From NCBI GenBank assembly GCA_964016885.1, contig OZ024741.1:228222001-228286000 (forward strand): a stretch of DNA of 64,000 nt, read 5' to 3'. The position numbers and the translations under genes are program-made. Positions 50,170 to 64,000 of the stretch are shown piece by piece (within the stretch, counting starts at the first letter, position 1; every line of letters begins with the position of its first letter). This DNA is from Eledone cirrhosa (taxonomy: Eukaryota). Below the pieces are notes generated by a model, which ran no database searches, was not told where the DNA came from, and saw only the letters and a program-made list of their open reading frames with translations.

Positions 50170-53100
50170 TATTAGATGCAACACTTTTGGAAAGTTTTAC
50201 ATATTTTTACTGTTCCATTAATGGATTGTACTTGTAATTTCCTAACTAGTTGTGTTCTTTCTTTTCTTGTGAAGCCTAGCTTCTCAAGATTTATATTGAG
50301 GCAGTTACTAACATACCCCAGTGCCCCAACAATCACAGGCATAAATCTGGAGTATCTGCAGATTTCTCATCAGTTCTGCATAAATATTCTCCTTTTCGCT
50401 AATCTTTGATATTATATTGGCATCTGCTGGACAGCTAATTTCCACTACTGTGCATGCTTTCTTCTCCCTGTCCCATATCATAATATCTGGTCTGTTATGC
50501 CTGCATTTTATTGGGGTTTTTACTGGAACATTCCACCAGTACTCTTTCATATTATGTACATGGATGTCTTCCACATTGCTGTAGCTTTTAATGTATTTAT
50601 TATCGGGGCTATCTTTTCTACGGATTGCATTGTACAGTGTTTTGGCCACTACATCATGCCTCATAGATAGATAGTACCGCGATGACATCTTTGGACAGCT
50701 ACTGATGACATGAGTGACATCTTCGATGTCAATTCTGCAGAGTCTGCACTTGTTATCACATCTAGGTATTTTGTCTGCATCCCTATCGCTTTTGTGAATC
50801 AGGTATTTCGTGTTAATTTCCTGTTCTTGGATTGCAAAAGCGTATCCTTCAAAGTGGGAGCTAATATAGCGGTTGTTGGTCCAAGATAGACTACTTTCCT
50901 TATCTATATTACTCTCACTCTGGAGCTTCCTGGCAATAAATCCATGCATGACTTTTTGCTGATAAGCATGCAGTTTTCTATCCATGGATTCACTGCGATA
51001 CTGCTGAGCGACTTCCCTGGGTGTGAGTTTTTGATTATCACACAGGGAATATCTTTCGAGGAGTTCGTTCCCAACTCTCATGATTTTATCTGTTTCATAC
51101 AGATAGACTTGCTTGAGAGACGGGGTCCTACACTTCGAGGTTCGTAGATGTTGTCGGAGAGATATGATACGACATTCAAATGCTGTCTGGATTCATGTTA
51201 GGCCTCTGCCTCCCTGCTTACGTTTCAAGTAAAGGCGGTCTGTGTCACTGTTGATGTGGAAGTTTCAGGTATTGTTTAGTATTTTTCGAGTTCTAACATC
51301 AACTGCTCCGATTTCGTCTATCGTCCAATTGAGTATTCCAAACGTTGGTGTTAGGAGAGGCACAGCAAACACATTGTGAGATACTGTTTTGTTTTGCGCA
51401 GAGAGTTCCGATGACCAAATCTTTCTTAATCGGGTGTAGTATTCCCTGGTTACGCGTTCCTTATTACAGATACCATTATAGGATATGTTCTCATCTATCC
51501 CCAGGTATCTGTAGCAGTCCTCATCAGATATCAGTGAAACAGTTAGGCCATTGATGACAATGTTGCTAGATTGGGTTGTTGTTTTCCCCCGCTTTACAGT
51601 CATATATGAGCATTTATCTTGGCCAAACTCCATTCCTATATCCTTTGAGAACGTTGTAACCAGGTCAAGATTTTTCTTCATCCCATCCATGTTCTTGGCA
51701 TAGAGTTTCAGATCGTCCACAAAGAAATTATGGGTTTGGTTCGTATTTTGGTCCTCCTGTGGTGAGCCAATGATGTATCATTCACATTTCTTGAGCAGAA
51801 AGGACAAGGGGTTTAATGACAGGATAAATAATATCACAGAGAGACTGTCTCCCTGAAATATACCCCTGCGAGTCCTCCCTCTTTGTCTTTAACCTTAGGA
51901 TAGTAGCCCAAGAAGAAGACAGCTTCTCTATGGCTCTGATAATAATGTTTTCTACTTTAGGCACAAGGCCAGCAATTACCCAGTGCATTATCGGTACTTT
52001 ATTTTATCGACCCCGTAAGGATGAAAGGCAAAGTCAACCTCGGCGGGATTTGAACTCAGATCGTAAAGGGACGTAACTCTCCTGGAAAGCATGGCATCCG
52101 ACCCTCTACCGATACTGCCAATCCACCGCCCCTGGCTCTGATAATAATGTCTGGGAGTTTAGCAAGTTGGAGGGCCTCTATCATCCAAGAGTGGTAAACA
52201 GAATCGAAAGCTTTCCTGTAGTCCCGCCAGACTGTAGCCATATTCCTCCTAAGTTGTCGCACCTCCGACATCGCAGTTTCGTTGATTAGGAGTTGTTCAG
52301 CACATCCCCAAACCTCTTTCTTTCCAGCAGCTTGTTCATCTGTGATTATGTTATTATTTTCACAGTGATCTTGAAGGAATAGGTTCAGCAAGGCTGTATA
52401 CATCTTATACACCAGGTTTTGGCATGCAATGGGTCGGTAGTTTTTTGCCAAGTGGGTGTCTTTGTTCTTGGGGACCAATAATGTTTGTGCTAATGTCAAT
52501 CATTCTGGTATAAGTGTATCTCCCTTAAGAACTTGTTGTAGAGGTCAGTAAGATACCTCTGATAGAATATCAGTTTTTTGTACGAGTAGCCGACAATCAA
52601 GTCTCTTCCTGGTGTTTTCTTATCTTGGAGTTTTCCTATCACAGTCTCACTTATTTCGTATGTTTTTGTTGTAGTGTAGGAGCAATAGTTCTTTCGGATT
52701 TCTTTTAGCCACACTGCATCTTGGTTGAAATTCTTCTTTTTCACCCCATATTTTTCTCCAAAAGGAATCTATGTCTTTCTGGGTGGGGCCTTAGTGACAC
52801 TTATTATTTGTCCTTCATATCTCTATAGACTGATGTTTGGTTTCGTCTGAATCTTTTATTAAGCACTTTTCTTTCATCTACCCTTTTCAGGTATCGGCGT
52901 TTTTTGCTAACAGCTCTCAATTCTTGTTTGAGGGTGATCAGCTTATATTGAAGAGTTCTGGTTCTACTGTTACCAAACAACGTCTCTATTTTATTTTTCA
53001 CTCTTTGTTGGTGAGGAGTGAGTTTTTTTGTGTTTGTTTGCATGTAAGGAGCATTGTCACATATCCTATGGTTTTTCGTAGGTTAGCAATCTTTTTTTCT

Positions 53101-54030
53101 ATTTTAGTTATATATGATGGTATTTTTGGTGGTGTTTTGTTCTTGTTAATATCTCTGCTATCACCAAGATAATGCTAAGATAATGATTCACAGGCGTTGA
53201 TTTGCTAAAATGTTGGGGTTTTTATCCGTCGTAAATATTCAACCCCTATTTCGTCAATAACACGTAATATTTCATTATTATTATTTAAAAAAAAAATTAA
53301 ATATTGTCGTTTTAATACGTTCAGCAAAAGAGATATTTATACATGAATTAATTTCTCTCTGGAAGATTTCGTTGAGGGAAATTTTCAATTGTTTATACTT
53401 TTGATTATAATCAAATACTATCGATAATGATAATAATTATTAACATTATCGATAGTATTTTCCATAACAGTCGAGGTATACTCGGATTGTACACGTGGTG
53501 TCAAATTTCTTCGATTATTATTATCGATAGTGTTTTCCCCAGCATTCGAGGCAGACTTAGATGGTTCACGTGGTGTCAAGTTTCTTACAGGCATAGTTGT
53601 TTCAAGGCACTGTTCGACCTGGCTGCCAGGAAGTCTAGTAGCATGGCGACCTGTAGCACGTGTTGTTGATCCCATGTTTGTTTTGGGGGACTTACAATTA
53701 ATACTATTTATCTTATTTTTACGTTCGACAAACGTCGCTTGTTGGCGTAATTGTTTCGCTGTGAAATAATTTAGCTCTGGGTGCATTTCGTCCCAGTGTA
53801 GCTTCATTCTATTCATATAGTCAATGGAGGGATTGTTTTTTGCCATTTTATAATAATTAAATAAATCATCATTAAGTTCACAACTCCAAGAGAAATGCGA
53901 TTTATAATTTCGGTTTCTTCTGTAGCTACAACTGAATAAACTTTGTTTACCTTTCTCGTTGTTTATCTTCGATACTTCCTTAATGTTGTTGTTGATATTG
54001 TGTTCAGCCACGCTGTTTGTAGCAAATCCT
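50170..54030 (-). mobile_element. Near full-length degraded R4/Dong-like non-LTR retrotransposon (RT + CCHC + RLE)
   Basis: N-term W..ELN...RMKLHW...P; NYRPIAC; DYRKAFDSV; DDLKLYA; YRYLGI; CRLC...HVISSC; RHD; RPDI...VEISCP. Confidence 0.85.
51949..52132 (-). mobile_element. SINE inserted into the R4-like element
   Basis: 18-bp TSD TGGCTCTGATAATAATGT (51931-51948, 52133-52150). Confidence 0.92.
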
Positions 54031-54129
54031 TGTAAAATGAATTATGTATGTATGTATGTATGTATGTATGTATGTATGTATGTATGTATGTATGTATGTA
54101 TGTATGTATGCATGTATGTATGTATGTAT

Positions 54130-54837
54130 GCCATGAAAGTGGCGACAATGTGCAGACGACTCGCTGGCTGGATCTTGAGGGCTTTCCGGACAAGAGACCG
54201 TGACACCATGTTGACACTATGGAGGACATTTGTCCTAAGCCGCCTGGACTATTGCTCCCAGTTGTGGTAACCCCCATAGTGTCAAACTAATCACGGAGTT
54301 TGAGGCAATCCAGCGAAGCTTCATCAAGAGGATTGCCACGATGAAGGAGATAAGCTTCTGGAAGAGGGTAAAAGAACTGAACCTCTACTCCTTGGAAAGA
54401 AGACGCAGTGATCTACACGTGGAAAATCCTGGAGGGTCTAGCATTGAGATCTGGACCAACGGTCGAACAGGACGCCACTGTGTGGTACCAAAGGTCCCGT
54501 CTTCCACATCTAGAATAAGGAGCAGATACTGTAATAGCCTGGGATTCAAGGGCTTTCAACTCTTCAACAAGCTGCCGAGGGATCTGAGAGATCTGCATGG
54601 TGTGGAGATGGATATCTTCTTCAAGAAACATCTCGACACTTTGCTATCCAGGATCCCGGATGAGCCCACAACAAGGCACGAGGGAAACCTAAGGGCAGCA
54701 GCAACAAACTCCCTCTTACACCAGTGGCCAATCAATACAGGCTGGAGATAAAATGTATAGCAACAAGGGTGGTGCCCCAGCATGGCCTCAGCCGGTAGCT
54801 GGAACAGGTAAAAGATAAAAGATAAAAGATAAAAGAT
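54130..54837 (+). mobile_element. CR1/L2-group LINE 3' fragment
   Basis: LTLWRTFVLSRLDYCSQLW, IQRSF, LNLYSLERRR; (AAAGAT)n tail. Confidence 0.8.
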
Positions 54838-55099
54838 GTATGTAGGTAGGTATGTAAGTATGTATGTAGGTATGTAGATATGTAGGTTGGTAAGTATGTA
54901 TGAATGTATGTATGTATGTAGGTATGTATGTATGTATGTATGTATGTATGTATGTATGTATGTATGTATGTATGTATGTGTGTGTGTGTGTGTGTGGGGG
55001 TTCTGTAATCTATATCTGTATATGCATTCTTATCAAACACTCTCAATCCCTCTCTCTTTCTCACACAAACGCACGCACACATTTTCACATACACATCAT

Positions 55100-55332
55100 T
55101 GTGAGTGGGTACGTATGTTTACGTTGTACCTCTGATGACGAAATCAAGCACGCCCTATCGAGCGTGGTGGAAGGATGTCATCGAGGAAACCCCGCACTTT
55201 CTTGTGCCAGTGTGGCGGTGTTCCCTCTTGCTGGAATATGAAATTGTCTGAGTCTGCATTCCATTACTGTAAAGCGTTTTTTGTAATAAATATAGCTGTT
55301 TAAAACTGGGTCATTCTTTTTGAAACACCCTG
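55100..55332 (+). mobile_element. Tc1/mariner right-end remnant
   Basis: TSDDEIKHA-like C-terminal residues; end TTTTTTGAAACACCCTG|TA. Confidence 0.5.
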
Positions 55333-55505
55333 TAATATAAAATAGAATATAAAATATGGGAAATGGAAAAATATGAAAAATATGATATAGATTAAGATAA
55401 AATATACTATGATGTATAATATACTATAATACAATACAATAAAGATTATAAAATATGAAATTATAGAGATTATGAAATATAGAGTTAAAGGATATAATGT
55501 AACAT

Positions 55506-55948
55506 AATTGTTTCTACTTTAGGCACAAGGCCAGCAATTACCCAGTACATTACTGGTACTTTATTTTATCGACCCCGTAAGGATGAAAGGCAAAGTCAAC
55601 CTCGGCGGGATTTGAACTCAGATCGTAAAGGGACGTAACTCTATGCTTCAAAGCATGGTGTCCGACTCTCTATTGATACTGCCAATCCACCGCCCAAATA
55701 ATTGTTTCTACTTTAGGCACAAGGCCAGCAATTACCCAGTGCATTACTGGTACTTTATTTTATCGACCCCGTAAGGATGAAAGGCAAAGTCAACCTCGGC
55801 GGGATTTGAACTCAGATCGTAAAGGGACGTAACTATGCTGGAAAGCATGGCGTCCGACCCTCTATTGATACTGCCAATCCACCGCCCAAATAATTGTTTC
55901 TACTTTAGGCACAAGGCCAGCAATTACCCAGTGCATTACTGGTACTTT
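55506..55948 (-). mobile_element. Head-to-tail SINE array (2 full copies + 1 partial)
   Basis: Units at ~55507, 55700, 55891. Confidence 0.9.
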
Positions 55949-55957
55949 AGTGAAATA

Positions 55958-56292
55958 CAGTTGTCCCCCGGTATTCGCGGGGGTTACGTTCCCAGAGCAC
56001 CCACGAAGAGTGACAAATCGCAAATATTGAACGTGGTCCATAAAACTGCCTATAAACGTCAAAATATAACGTAAAATATAATAAAAAAGGAGCGAGCGTC
56101 TTATAGAAAGAGGCGTCCAATACGCCGTCAATACGTGTTATTAATAATTTAGCGTTAAAAAATGCATATTGCCACGAAAAAAGCCATTAAAAAAAGATCG
56201 CGGAAGATATTTATGATTCCGCGAATATGCGGTGATTTCTACGAACAATTATTCCGCAAATAACTGAGGCCACGAATGCCAGAGGTACACTG
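55958..56292. mobile_element. Tigger/pogo-like MITE
   Basis: TA|CAGTTGTCCCCCGGTATTCGCGG...CCACGAATGCCAGAGGTACACTG|TA. Confidence 0.7.
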
Positions 56293-56489
56293 TAAATATA
56301 TGCAATTAAGGTAATTCTGAAAACTCTGACGGGTGGATGAGTAAATGGTGGTGGTGTGGGTAGGGGCGATTTCAAGGAAATATGTAAAATATTAGGAATG
56401 AAAAATGAAAAAAACATAAAAATAAAATAAAAATAAAATAAAAATAAAATATAAGGATTAGGAAAATATAAAGATTATGAAGAGAATGG

Positions 56490-56704
56490 TTTCTGATATA
56501 GGCAAAAGGCCAGTAATTTTGGGGGAGGGGAAAGTCGATTAAATCGACCCCAGTGCGTGACTGGTACTTTATTTTATCGACCTCGTAAGGATGAAAGGCA
56601 ATGTTAACTTCGGCGGGATTTGAACTCAGATAATAAAGGGCCGTAACTCTATGCTGCAAAACATGGCGTCCGACCCTCTACCGATAGTGCCAATCCACGG
56701 CCCC
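56490..56704 (-). mobile_element. tRNA-derived SINE (longer variant)
   Basis: Reverse match with extra GGGGTCGATTTAATCGAC hairpin. Confidence 0.8.
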
Positions 56705-56892
56705 TAAAGATTATGAAGATAATGAAATGTGGTGTTATGAAATATTATATATGACATATTGTTATATTTTCCCAACACTTGACATGAGAGCACATACACA
56801 CACACGAGTAAGTGAATATATATCGACACACTAGCCCTTTTCGAAGGCGTATAAAATGTCCTCTTTATTTACATACAGTTACGACTTTAGAA

Positions 56893-57690
56893 CAGGGATC
56901 GACAATTCCGGCCCGCGAAGGTATTTTGTCCGGCCCGCCAACAGGTTTCAATCTTAGGCTAAACGATCCCTCAAAAAGTGCTCTGAATGATTTTAGATTA
57001 GAATACCGACTAGAGAACACGTCTAGCCACAAGACTCACTTAGCTGAACGTAATATTTTACGTGATAGTAACAAACAATCAAACACAGCTAGAATAGTCA
57101 GACATCGAGGTCAAGGTGACTCTGTATGTGTGTGTATTCGTGTATATATATGTGCATACATGGTATGTGTATGGCAGGGATGAGGAATGACCCAAACTTA
57201 CCTAAAACAAGTCAGACATCGAGCTCAAGGTGACTGTGTGTGTGTGTGTGTATTCGTGTATATACGTACATACATAGTATGTGTATGGCAGGGATGTGGA
57301 ATGACCCAGACTTACCTAAAACAAGTCAGCGTGTCTGGCATATAGTTATTTCATTTCATCCTCAAAATAGTTCATTTCAGTTAGCTGTCTGGTAGTAAAA
57401 CATCTGTAAGTAACTGTATTCGATAATAACAAATGTTTATTTATTTTTCTATATTAAAAGTGTTCAGTATTATTAGAAGTAATTTTTTTCATTGAACAAA
57501 TCGCAACCCTGATCTAAATACACTGCCAGGTATCGTGGTTTTGTCACCGTTTATTACAAATGTCAGTATTTTATCATATTACTGTATTAGCTTTTACATA
57601 TATTCTCATTACGTATTTGATATCATTGCCCGCTGATGAGACACTGCATAGCAATGTGGCCCGCACACCCCAAAAGGTTGCCGACCCTTG
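56893..57690. mobile_element. Non-autonomous hAT (Charlie-like) element
   Basis: Perfect 8-bp TSD CTTTAGAA; TIR CAGGGATCGACAA/TTGCCGACCCTTG; subterminal GGCCCGC motifs; internal ~115-bp duplication. Confidence 0.88.
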
Positions 57691-57949
57691 CTTTAGAATG
57701 TTCTGGGATGTGCATGCATGTCATACTCTGATTGGACAATAGTAGATTTGTCTAACGGTTGATACTTGTCCTAGTTTCGACCAATCCGTTTTGCATGCCA
57801 AATATTCACACATCTGCCTTTTTCCCGAGTGGATTATTTTATATTAATTGAAAAGCAATGGTTTGGTCTTCCTTGATAATTTGAAAGTCAAGATTTCGAT
57901 CCACTCACTTGTGAATCTTTCTAACACCTCCTCCTAGAATTCATTGGAC

Positions 57950-59240
57950 ATATGATCGGAGACGAGTGTTTACCTTCAGAGGCGATTCTTATTTCCTTCG
58001 GCGTGTAAAATGTCAAAGTGTTTGGTTTGATATTTGACTATTCTTTGTGACGGGTGTCTAAAATGATTTCAAGTGGTAACTGCGACCCAGGCTGAGATTG
58101 ATGTAAAACTCTGCTTTTGTAAGGCATCTGGTGAATATGCTTAGTCCAGACTGGTTGGTCCAACATGGATGTCATAAATCACCTTTCCCCATTTGCATAT
58201 AACCACTCCCGTTGTCTATCTTATTGATCCACGATGGTTGTGAACGAGTACAATATCACCTAATTGCACCTTCCGTACTAACTATGATTTTTCATATTTG
58301 TATTCATTATCATCTGCATTCTATGTAACATAGAGTTACGGCCTTTATGATCTGAGTTCAAATCCCACCGAGATTAAACCCTGCCTTTCATCCTTAGGGA
58401 GTCGATGAAATAAAGTACCAGTTACGAACTGGGGTCGATTTAATCGACTTTCCCCGCTCATAAAATTGCTGGCCTTGTGCCTATAGTAGAAATCAATATC
58501 ATCTGCATTCTGATGCGTTGGGATCAAGCAATCAAACTTTGTTCGTAGTTTTCTTCCGAACATATGTTATATGGTGATTTTTCCTCGTGGTACATTAGGG
58601 GTGTTTCTCTATGCTAATAGGAAGGTTAATATTATTTCATTTGACACCCCCTTTCTCTTTGACTTTAATAACACCCGTTTGAATGTATCAACGAAGCGTT
58701 CTGCCCCGACCATTAGACGCTGGAGGATAAGTGGGTGATTTCATATGACGAATGCTGTTTTCATTTCACCATTCGGAAAAATCACACTGGTAAATTAACA
58801 AACATTGTCTGTGACGATAGTTTTAGGAATTCAAAACTGACTTTACAACTGTTTCAAATCAGGAACTGTTGCTGCACTAGTAGTGTTTGGCATTATTATA
58901 ATCTCTGGCCACTTTGAATATGCATCAACCAAAATTATATACAATTGGACTAGCAAAATCTACGTGAATGTGGTTCAATGGTTGATCTTCTTGTGGTCAA
59001 TTTAGCGGTTCATTTTTCGGCGGATGTTTAAGTGCACGAATACAGCTATCACAGTTTTTACAAAATTGCTCTAGCTCTTGAGTCTGAAGTGGCCAATAAA
59101 CGAAACTTCGTGTGATTACTTTCATCCGGTTGATACCTGGATGTCCTATGTGAAACTGCTTGACTGCTGTCTGCAGCGGTGGTGGAACCACAGCTCATTC
59201 ACCAAATACTAAACAGTTATTGACCACAGATAATAAACCA
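57950..59240 (-). pseudogene. Ty3/Gypsy integrase remnant
   Basis: HIGHPGINRMK...VYWP...CDSC zinc finger; HVDFA; VDAYSKWPE; VTDN; FVDTFKR. Confidence 0.8.
58323..58496 (+). mobile_element. 5'-truncated SINE inside the Gypsy remnant
   Basis: 15-bp TSD TATCATCTGCATTCT. Confidence 0.88.
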
Positions 59241-59492
59241 CATAAATTTGCAAATATGCCTCGGCTAAATTAAGTTCTTCAAAAACTTCCCCCCATTTAG
59301 TCATGCAAATAAATCGTCTGGCAATGGAAGTGGATACTGATGATTTGAACTTTGAGTGATTCTTTTATTACTGTTGAAAAATCAGCACACATTCTAATCG
59401 ACCCATGTAAAAACAGTTTTCGTTGTATACTATACACGTAACATGTATATAAAATATAAACACATTAGGTGCTTTTTTAATATCCTTATCAT

Positions 59493-59561
<69 letters not shown>

Positions 59562-59655
59562 GTGGAACACTGGAAGGTAATATCCGTAGTGGTAGAGCAC
59601 TCAGTCCAAGGGACAAGTTAGGTAGAAGTGGTTACACAACAGTTAGTTCACCATA

Positions 59656-59695
59656 CCGAGAACAATTGTTTCACCTTCGCAGATCTTCAGCTCGG
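59656..59695 (-). ncRNA. Type I hammerhead in inverted pLTR
   Basis: CCGAG-CTGAAGA-T-CTgcgaaGG-T-GAA-AC aatt GT-T-CTCGG. Confidence 0.72.
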
Positions 59696-60295
59696 GATGT
59701 GTATGGTTATAGGAACATGAAGGACAACCGTACCAACGCGCATGCGCAGAAACTCGGTCACTTCACACAGGCAATACTATACTGCGTAAGGGAGATAACT
59801 GCGAAAGTCCGGAAAGTTTTTAGGTTGAAAATAAAATTTAAAAAAATTAAAAATAAAATTACAAAGAATCAGTCCGGAGCCTTGTAGTTATGCAATAGAT
59901 GTTTGGTGACGTGTGGACAACGTGTGAAAAATTCACTTCTCGTGTTTAGGCAATCACTATTGCGTAATCTCTTTAGGATAGTTATTCGTTCGTCAATACA
60001 TAAGCCACACGTCGGATTTCCCATTGCGTATGGCTTGGACTTAGTGATGGCTTTCCATTGAATGGAGTAGCCTATACTTGAGTCCCTGAGGGACCATACG
60101 TGGCTCGCGAGTTTCGTAGAGGAACGTCTGTCCGAGTATCTGAAGGTAGACTGGTGGTTCAGGAAACGCTCCTTGAATCGGCCCTCCGCCATGCCCACAT
60201 AGAATTTGACTTCCTGTGGTTCGTTTGGTCGGTTGTAAGTGACCACAGCTTCATAGATTATAGCTGGTGTGTTGCATTGCTGTTGAAGCCATAAA

Positions 60296-61357
60296 GTGGT
60301 ATCGAGCCATAAAAGAGGTCACGACCTCGATCGGTTTAAAAAAGACTTAGCTTCTACCTTCAATGAGTTAGGCCTTAGGATAACAGTAGCCACCAACCTC
60401 GCTAGCGTAGATTTCTTAGACCTTAATTTAGACCTTCGCACACAGACCCACATACCCTTCCGTAAGCTAAACAAGAAACTTAATTACATTCACAAGGACT
60501 CATGCCACCCTCCCACTGTTTTTAGAAACTTCGTTAAGAATATCAGTACTAGAATCTCAAACCTCTCCTCTAATAAGGCTATCTTTGACAGGACGGCACC
60601 CTACTATAACACGGCTTTGGCTAATAGCGGCTTCTCACAACCTATCACCTACTCTCTCACTAGCAACAACACCATTAACAAAAGTAAGCGCATCAATAGA
60701 CAAACTATCTGGTTCTCTCCCCCCTTCTCACTCAACGTTAAAACCAATGTAGGAAAACAATTTCTAGCCCTCTTAGATAGACACTTCCCCATAGGTCATA
60801 AATACAGCTCCATCTTTAACCGATACAAAGTTAAACTAGGATACTCCTGCGCTAAGAAGTTGAAGGCCCACATCACCAGCAGCCCTAGGAGCAACTCCCC
60901 ACCAGGGTGCTCTTGCCGTAAGCCTGAAGCTTGACCCCTTCAACAGCAATGCAACACATCAGCTGTAATTTATGAAGCTGTGGTCACTTCCAACCGACCA
61001 AACGAACCACAGGAGGTCAAATCCTATGTGGGCATGGCGGAGGGCCGATTCAAGGATCGTTTCCTGAACCACCAGTCTACCTTCAGATACCCGGACAGAT
61101 GTTCATCCACGAAACTCGCGAGCCACGTATGGTCCCTTAAGGACTCAAGTATAGGCTACTCCATTCAATGGAAAACCATCACTAAGTCTAAGCCATACGC
61201 AAGGGGAAATCCAACGTGTGGCTTATGTATTGACGAACGAATAACTATCCTAAAGAGATTACGCAATAGTGATTGCCTAAACACGAGAAGTGAATTTTTC
61301 ACACGTTGTCCACACGTCACCAAACATCTATTACATAACTACAAGGCTCCGGACTGA
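60296..61357 (+). pseudogene. PLE RT-thumb/linker/GIY-YIG frame with a single in-frame TGA at 60932
   Basis: ORFs 60296-60934 and 60980-61357 are in one frame, separated only by TGA in CSCRKPEA*PLQQQC. Confidence 0.85.
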
Positions 61358-61540
61358 TTCTTTGTAATTTATTTTTAATTTTTTTAAATTTTATTTTCAA
61401 CCTAAAAACTTTCCGGACTTTCGCAGTTATCTCCCTTACACCTCCCGGACGCAGTCTAGTATTGCCTGTGTGAAGTGACCGAGTTTCTGCGCATGCGCGT
61501 TCGTACGGTTGTCCTTCCTGTTCCTATAACCATACACATC

Positions 61541-61580
61541 CCGAGCTGAAGATCCGCGAAGGTGAAACAATTGTTCTCGG
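61541..61580 (+). ncRNA. Type I hammerhead in 3' pLTR
   Basis: CCGAG-CTGAAGA-T-CCgcgaaGG-T-GAA-AC aatt GT-T-CTCGG; stem I extends past a bulge (CCATA/TATGG). Confidence 0.78.
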
Positions 61581-61607
61581 TATGGTGAACTAACTCTTGT
61601 GTAACCA

Positions 61608-61711
<104 letters not shown>

Positions 61712-61795
61712 GAGTTATATTTAAAATTGTTGGGTTACAACTAGTAAATATTTATAACTGATATAAAAGCACTCGACAAATATTTGGAGTATATT

Positions 61796-62279
<484 letters not shown>

Positions 62280-62352
62280 TCCTGGACCGGGCGATGCGTT
62301 ATGTCCTTGAAACAATTGTTCTCGGTATGGTGAACTAACTCTTGTGTAACCA

Positions 62353-62421
<69 letters not shown>

Positions 62422-62601
62422 TCCTGGACCGGGCGATGCGTTATGTCCTTGAGCAAGACACTTTATTTCACGTTGCTCCTTCTACCTGGAGTTGCGACCG
62501 ATAGATAGTACTAGCAACTGGAAAGACCAACGGAAACATTGTTTCCTCGGTCCGATTTGACGAAAGTCTATCGACTAAAATATATATATATATATATATA
62601 T

Positions 62602-62638
<37 letters not shown>

Positions 62639-63073
62639 TATAGTAATAATAATACATCTAAAATCCAAAGAGGGCTCGATAAGGATAAATATATATGAAA
62701 TATATAAGAACCGTAGAGCAAATATTTATTAAAATAACAGATTAAAGTTTAAGCAAATAATCGCTGCTGTCACCCTTAACGGGATCTTCTGAAACTAAAA
62801 AAATCAATCTGTGAATGCAGAAGTAAATATTTCGAAAAAGGTTGCAACCGAAGGAAAACAGTAAGATGATACTTTGGTTCGTGAAGACGCTCTCTACACA
62901 CTATATATACACACACTATATATATATACATATATACATATATATACACGCACACAATGTTTTCATAATGTAGTAATGCAGACAATCAGACATACATACA
63001 GATATTATAAGGGCGCGACGTTATAGCTATGTATCTATCTAAAAAGACAGACTAAGAAAGAGAGAGAGAGATC

Positions 63074-63243
63074 GCTAACCGGCGCCTAATGCGGTCCCTA
63101 GGGTATTGAAAATTTGAAATATATTTTGCTCAAAACACTCACAGGGCCATAAGTATTACATGTGTAAAGTTTGAAAAAAATTGGTTGGGTGGTTCTCGAG
63201 TTTTAGGGAGACAGACAGACATTCTCTGTTTTAGATATATAGT
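63074..63243 (-). mobile_element. Degenerate mini-Helitron-like element
   Basis: GC hairpin-like end and ACAGACAGACATTC...TATATAG terminus resembling the other Helitrons here; termini mutated. Confidence 0.4.
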
Positions 63244-63689
63244 TAATTTACACAAACACACATACACACACACACACAAACACTCACATAATCATAACAG
63301 CCAAGGTGTGCTACATTATCACCCCTTCCTCCTCAGTTTATCATCAACCCTTCCTTCCTCAGTTTGTCGTCACCCTTTCCTTTCTCAGTCGACGTAATCA
63401 CCACTTCTTTCCTCAGTCGACGTTATCATCCCTTCCTTCCACAGTCATCTTTTGTGACGGACAAATACACTAGGGTATTATATATTAGTAGATATGTGAC
63501 TCTTATTGTTGTTACTGTTTAACTCCAAATCAGTTATGATTGAAAAAGCTTAAGCTGAAAGGCATTCCAGCAACGAATTTTCCAGCCATTATCTCGGAGT
63601 ACAGGTTTTTTTTCAGATTTTATTCTAAGATGACAATGTAGGCATAGATCTTGGTCTGGGGTTTAATCTCGCTTAAAGTCGCACTAAAT

Positions 63690-64000
63690 TTTTCTTCAAC
63701 TTAATCGCTTCGGTCACAAACCCCCACATCGCGGCCCGGCTCGCAGAAGAAGGTAAAATAAGCAAATACCGGGGGTTTTTCCGGCCACTTCCTTTTCGCA
63801 CCGGTCGCCGTCGAGACCTCCTCTGGCGTACTTGGACTCCGTACATCCTAGCTCCTCCGCAAGATCGGAACGTCGGTGGCCCGTCTGAAGAAGGAGCCCC
63901 GCGAGGTTGGGTGAATGTTGCAGCGGGTGTCACTGGCCATCGTCCGCGGGAATGCTTTTGCGGTCTTGTCCACGGGGCGCAGCACTTCTGTCCCCTTGTC
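63690..64000 (+). pseudogene. CRE-like endonuclease C-terminal fragment (runs off window)
   Basis: FAPVAVET..GVLG...LQRVSLAIVRGNA; paralog of 38130-38590. Confidence 0.7.

Noticed and set aside
55132-55145. CTGATGACGAAA hammerhead-like string
   Set aside because: No stem II/III; falls in a mariner coding remnant (SDDEIK).

Overview
AT-rich, microsatellite-dense animal genomic DNA made almost entirely of transposable elements; I could not support any host protein-coding gene. A cephalopod/octopus origin is inferred from the SINE and repeat content and is not proven. Non-LTR elements: RTE-type LINEs (one near full-length, carrying a PHD-like finger), R4-like, CRE-like, CR1/L2 and L1/Tx1 fragments. 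Also present: Gypsy integrase remnants, Helitrons, hAT/piggyBac/Tc1-mariner MITEs, many tRNA-derived SINEs, and at least four Penelope-like elements (PLEs). The main hidden signal is about 16 type-I hammerhead ribozyme (HHR) motifs from many unrelated sequence families, read by eye in PLE pseudo-LTRs or in ORF-less islands between (TA)n arrays. These include CCGANGA and U.U core variants, greatly extended stem II forms, and back-to-back opposite-polarity HHR pairs forming long palindromes. Other highlights: an in-frame UGA at a conserved Cys of a PLE CxCx5Cx5C linker, and two different RTE subfamilies inserted at the same site of a ~420-bp repeat. All coordinates were read manually, and element ends without TIR/TSD are approximate.
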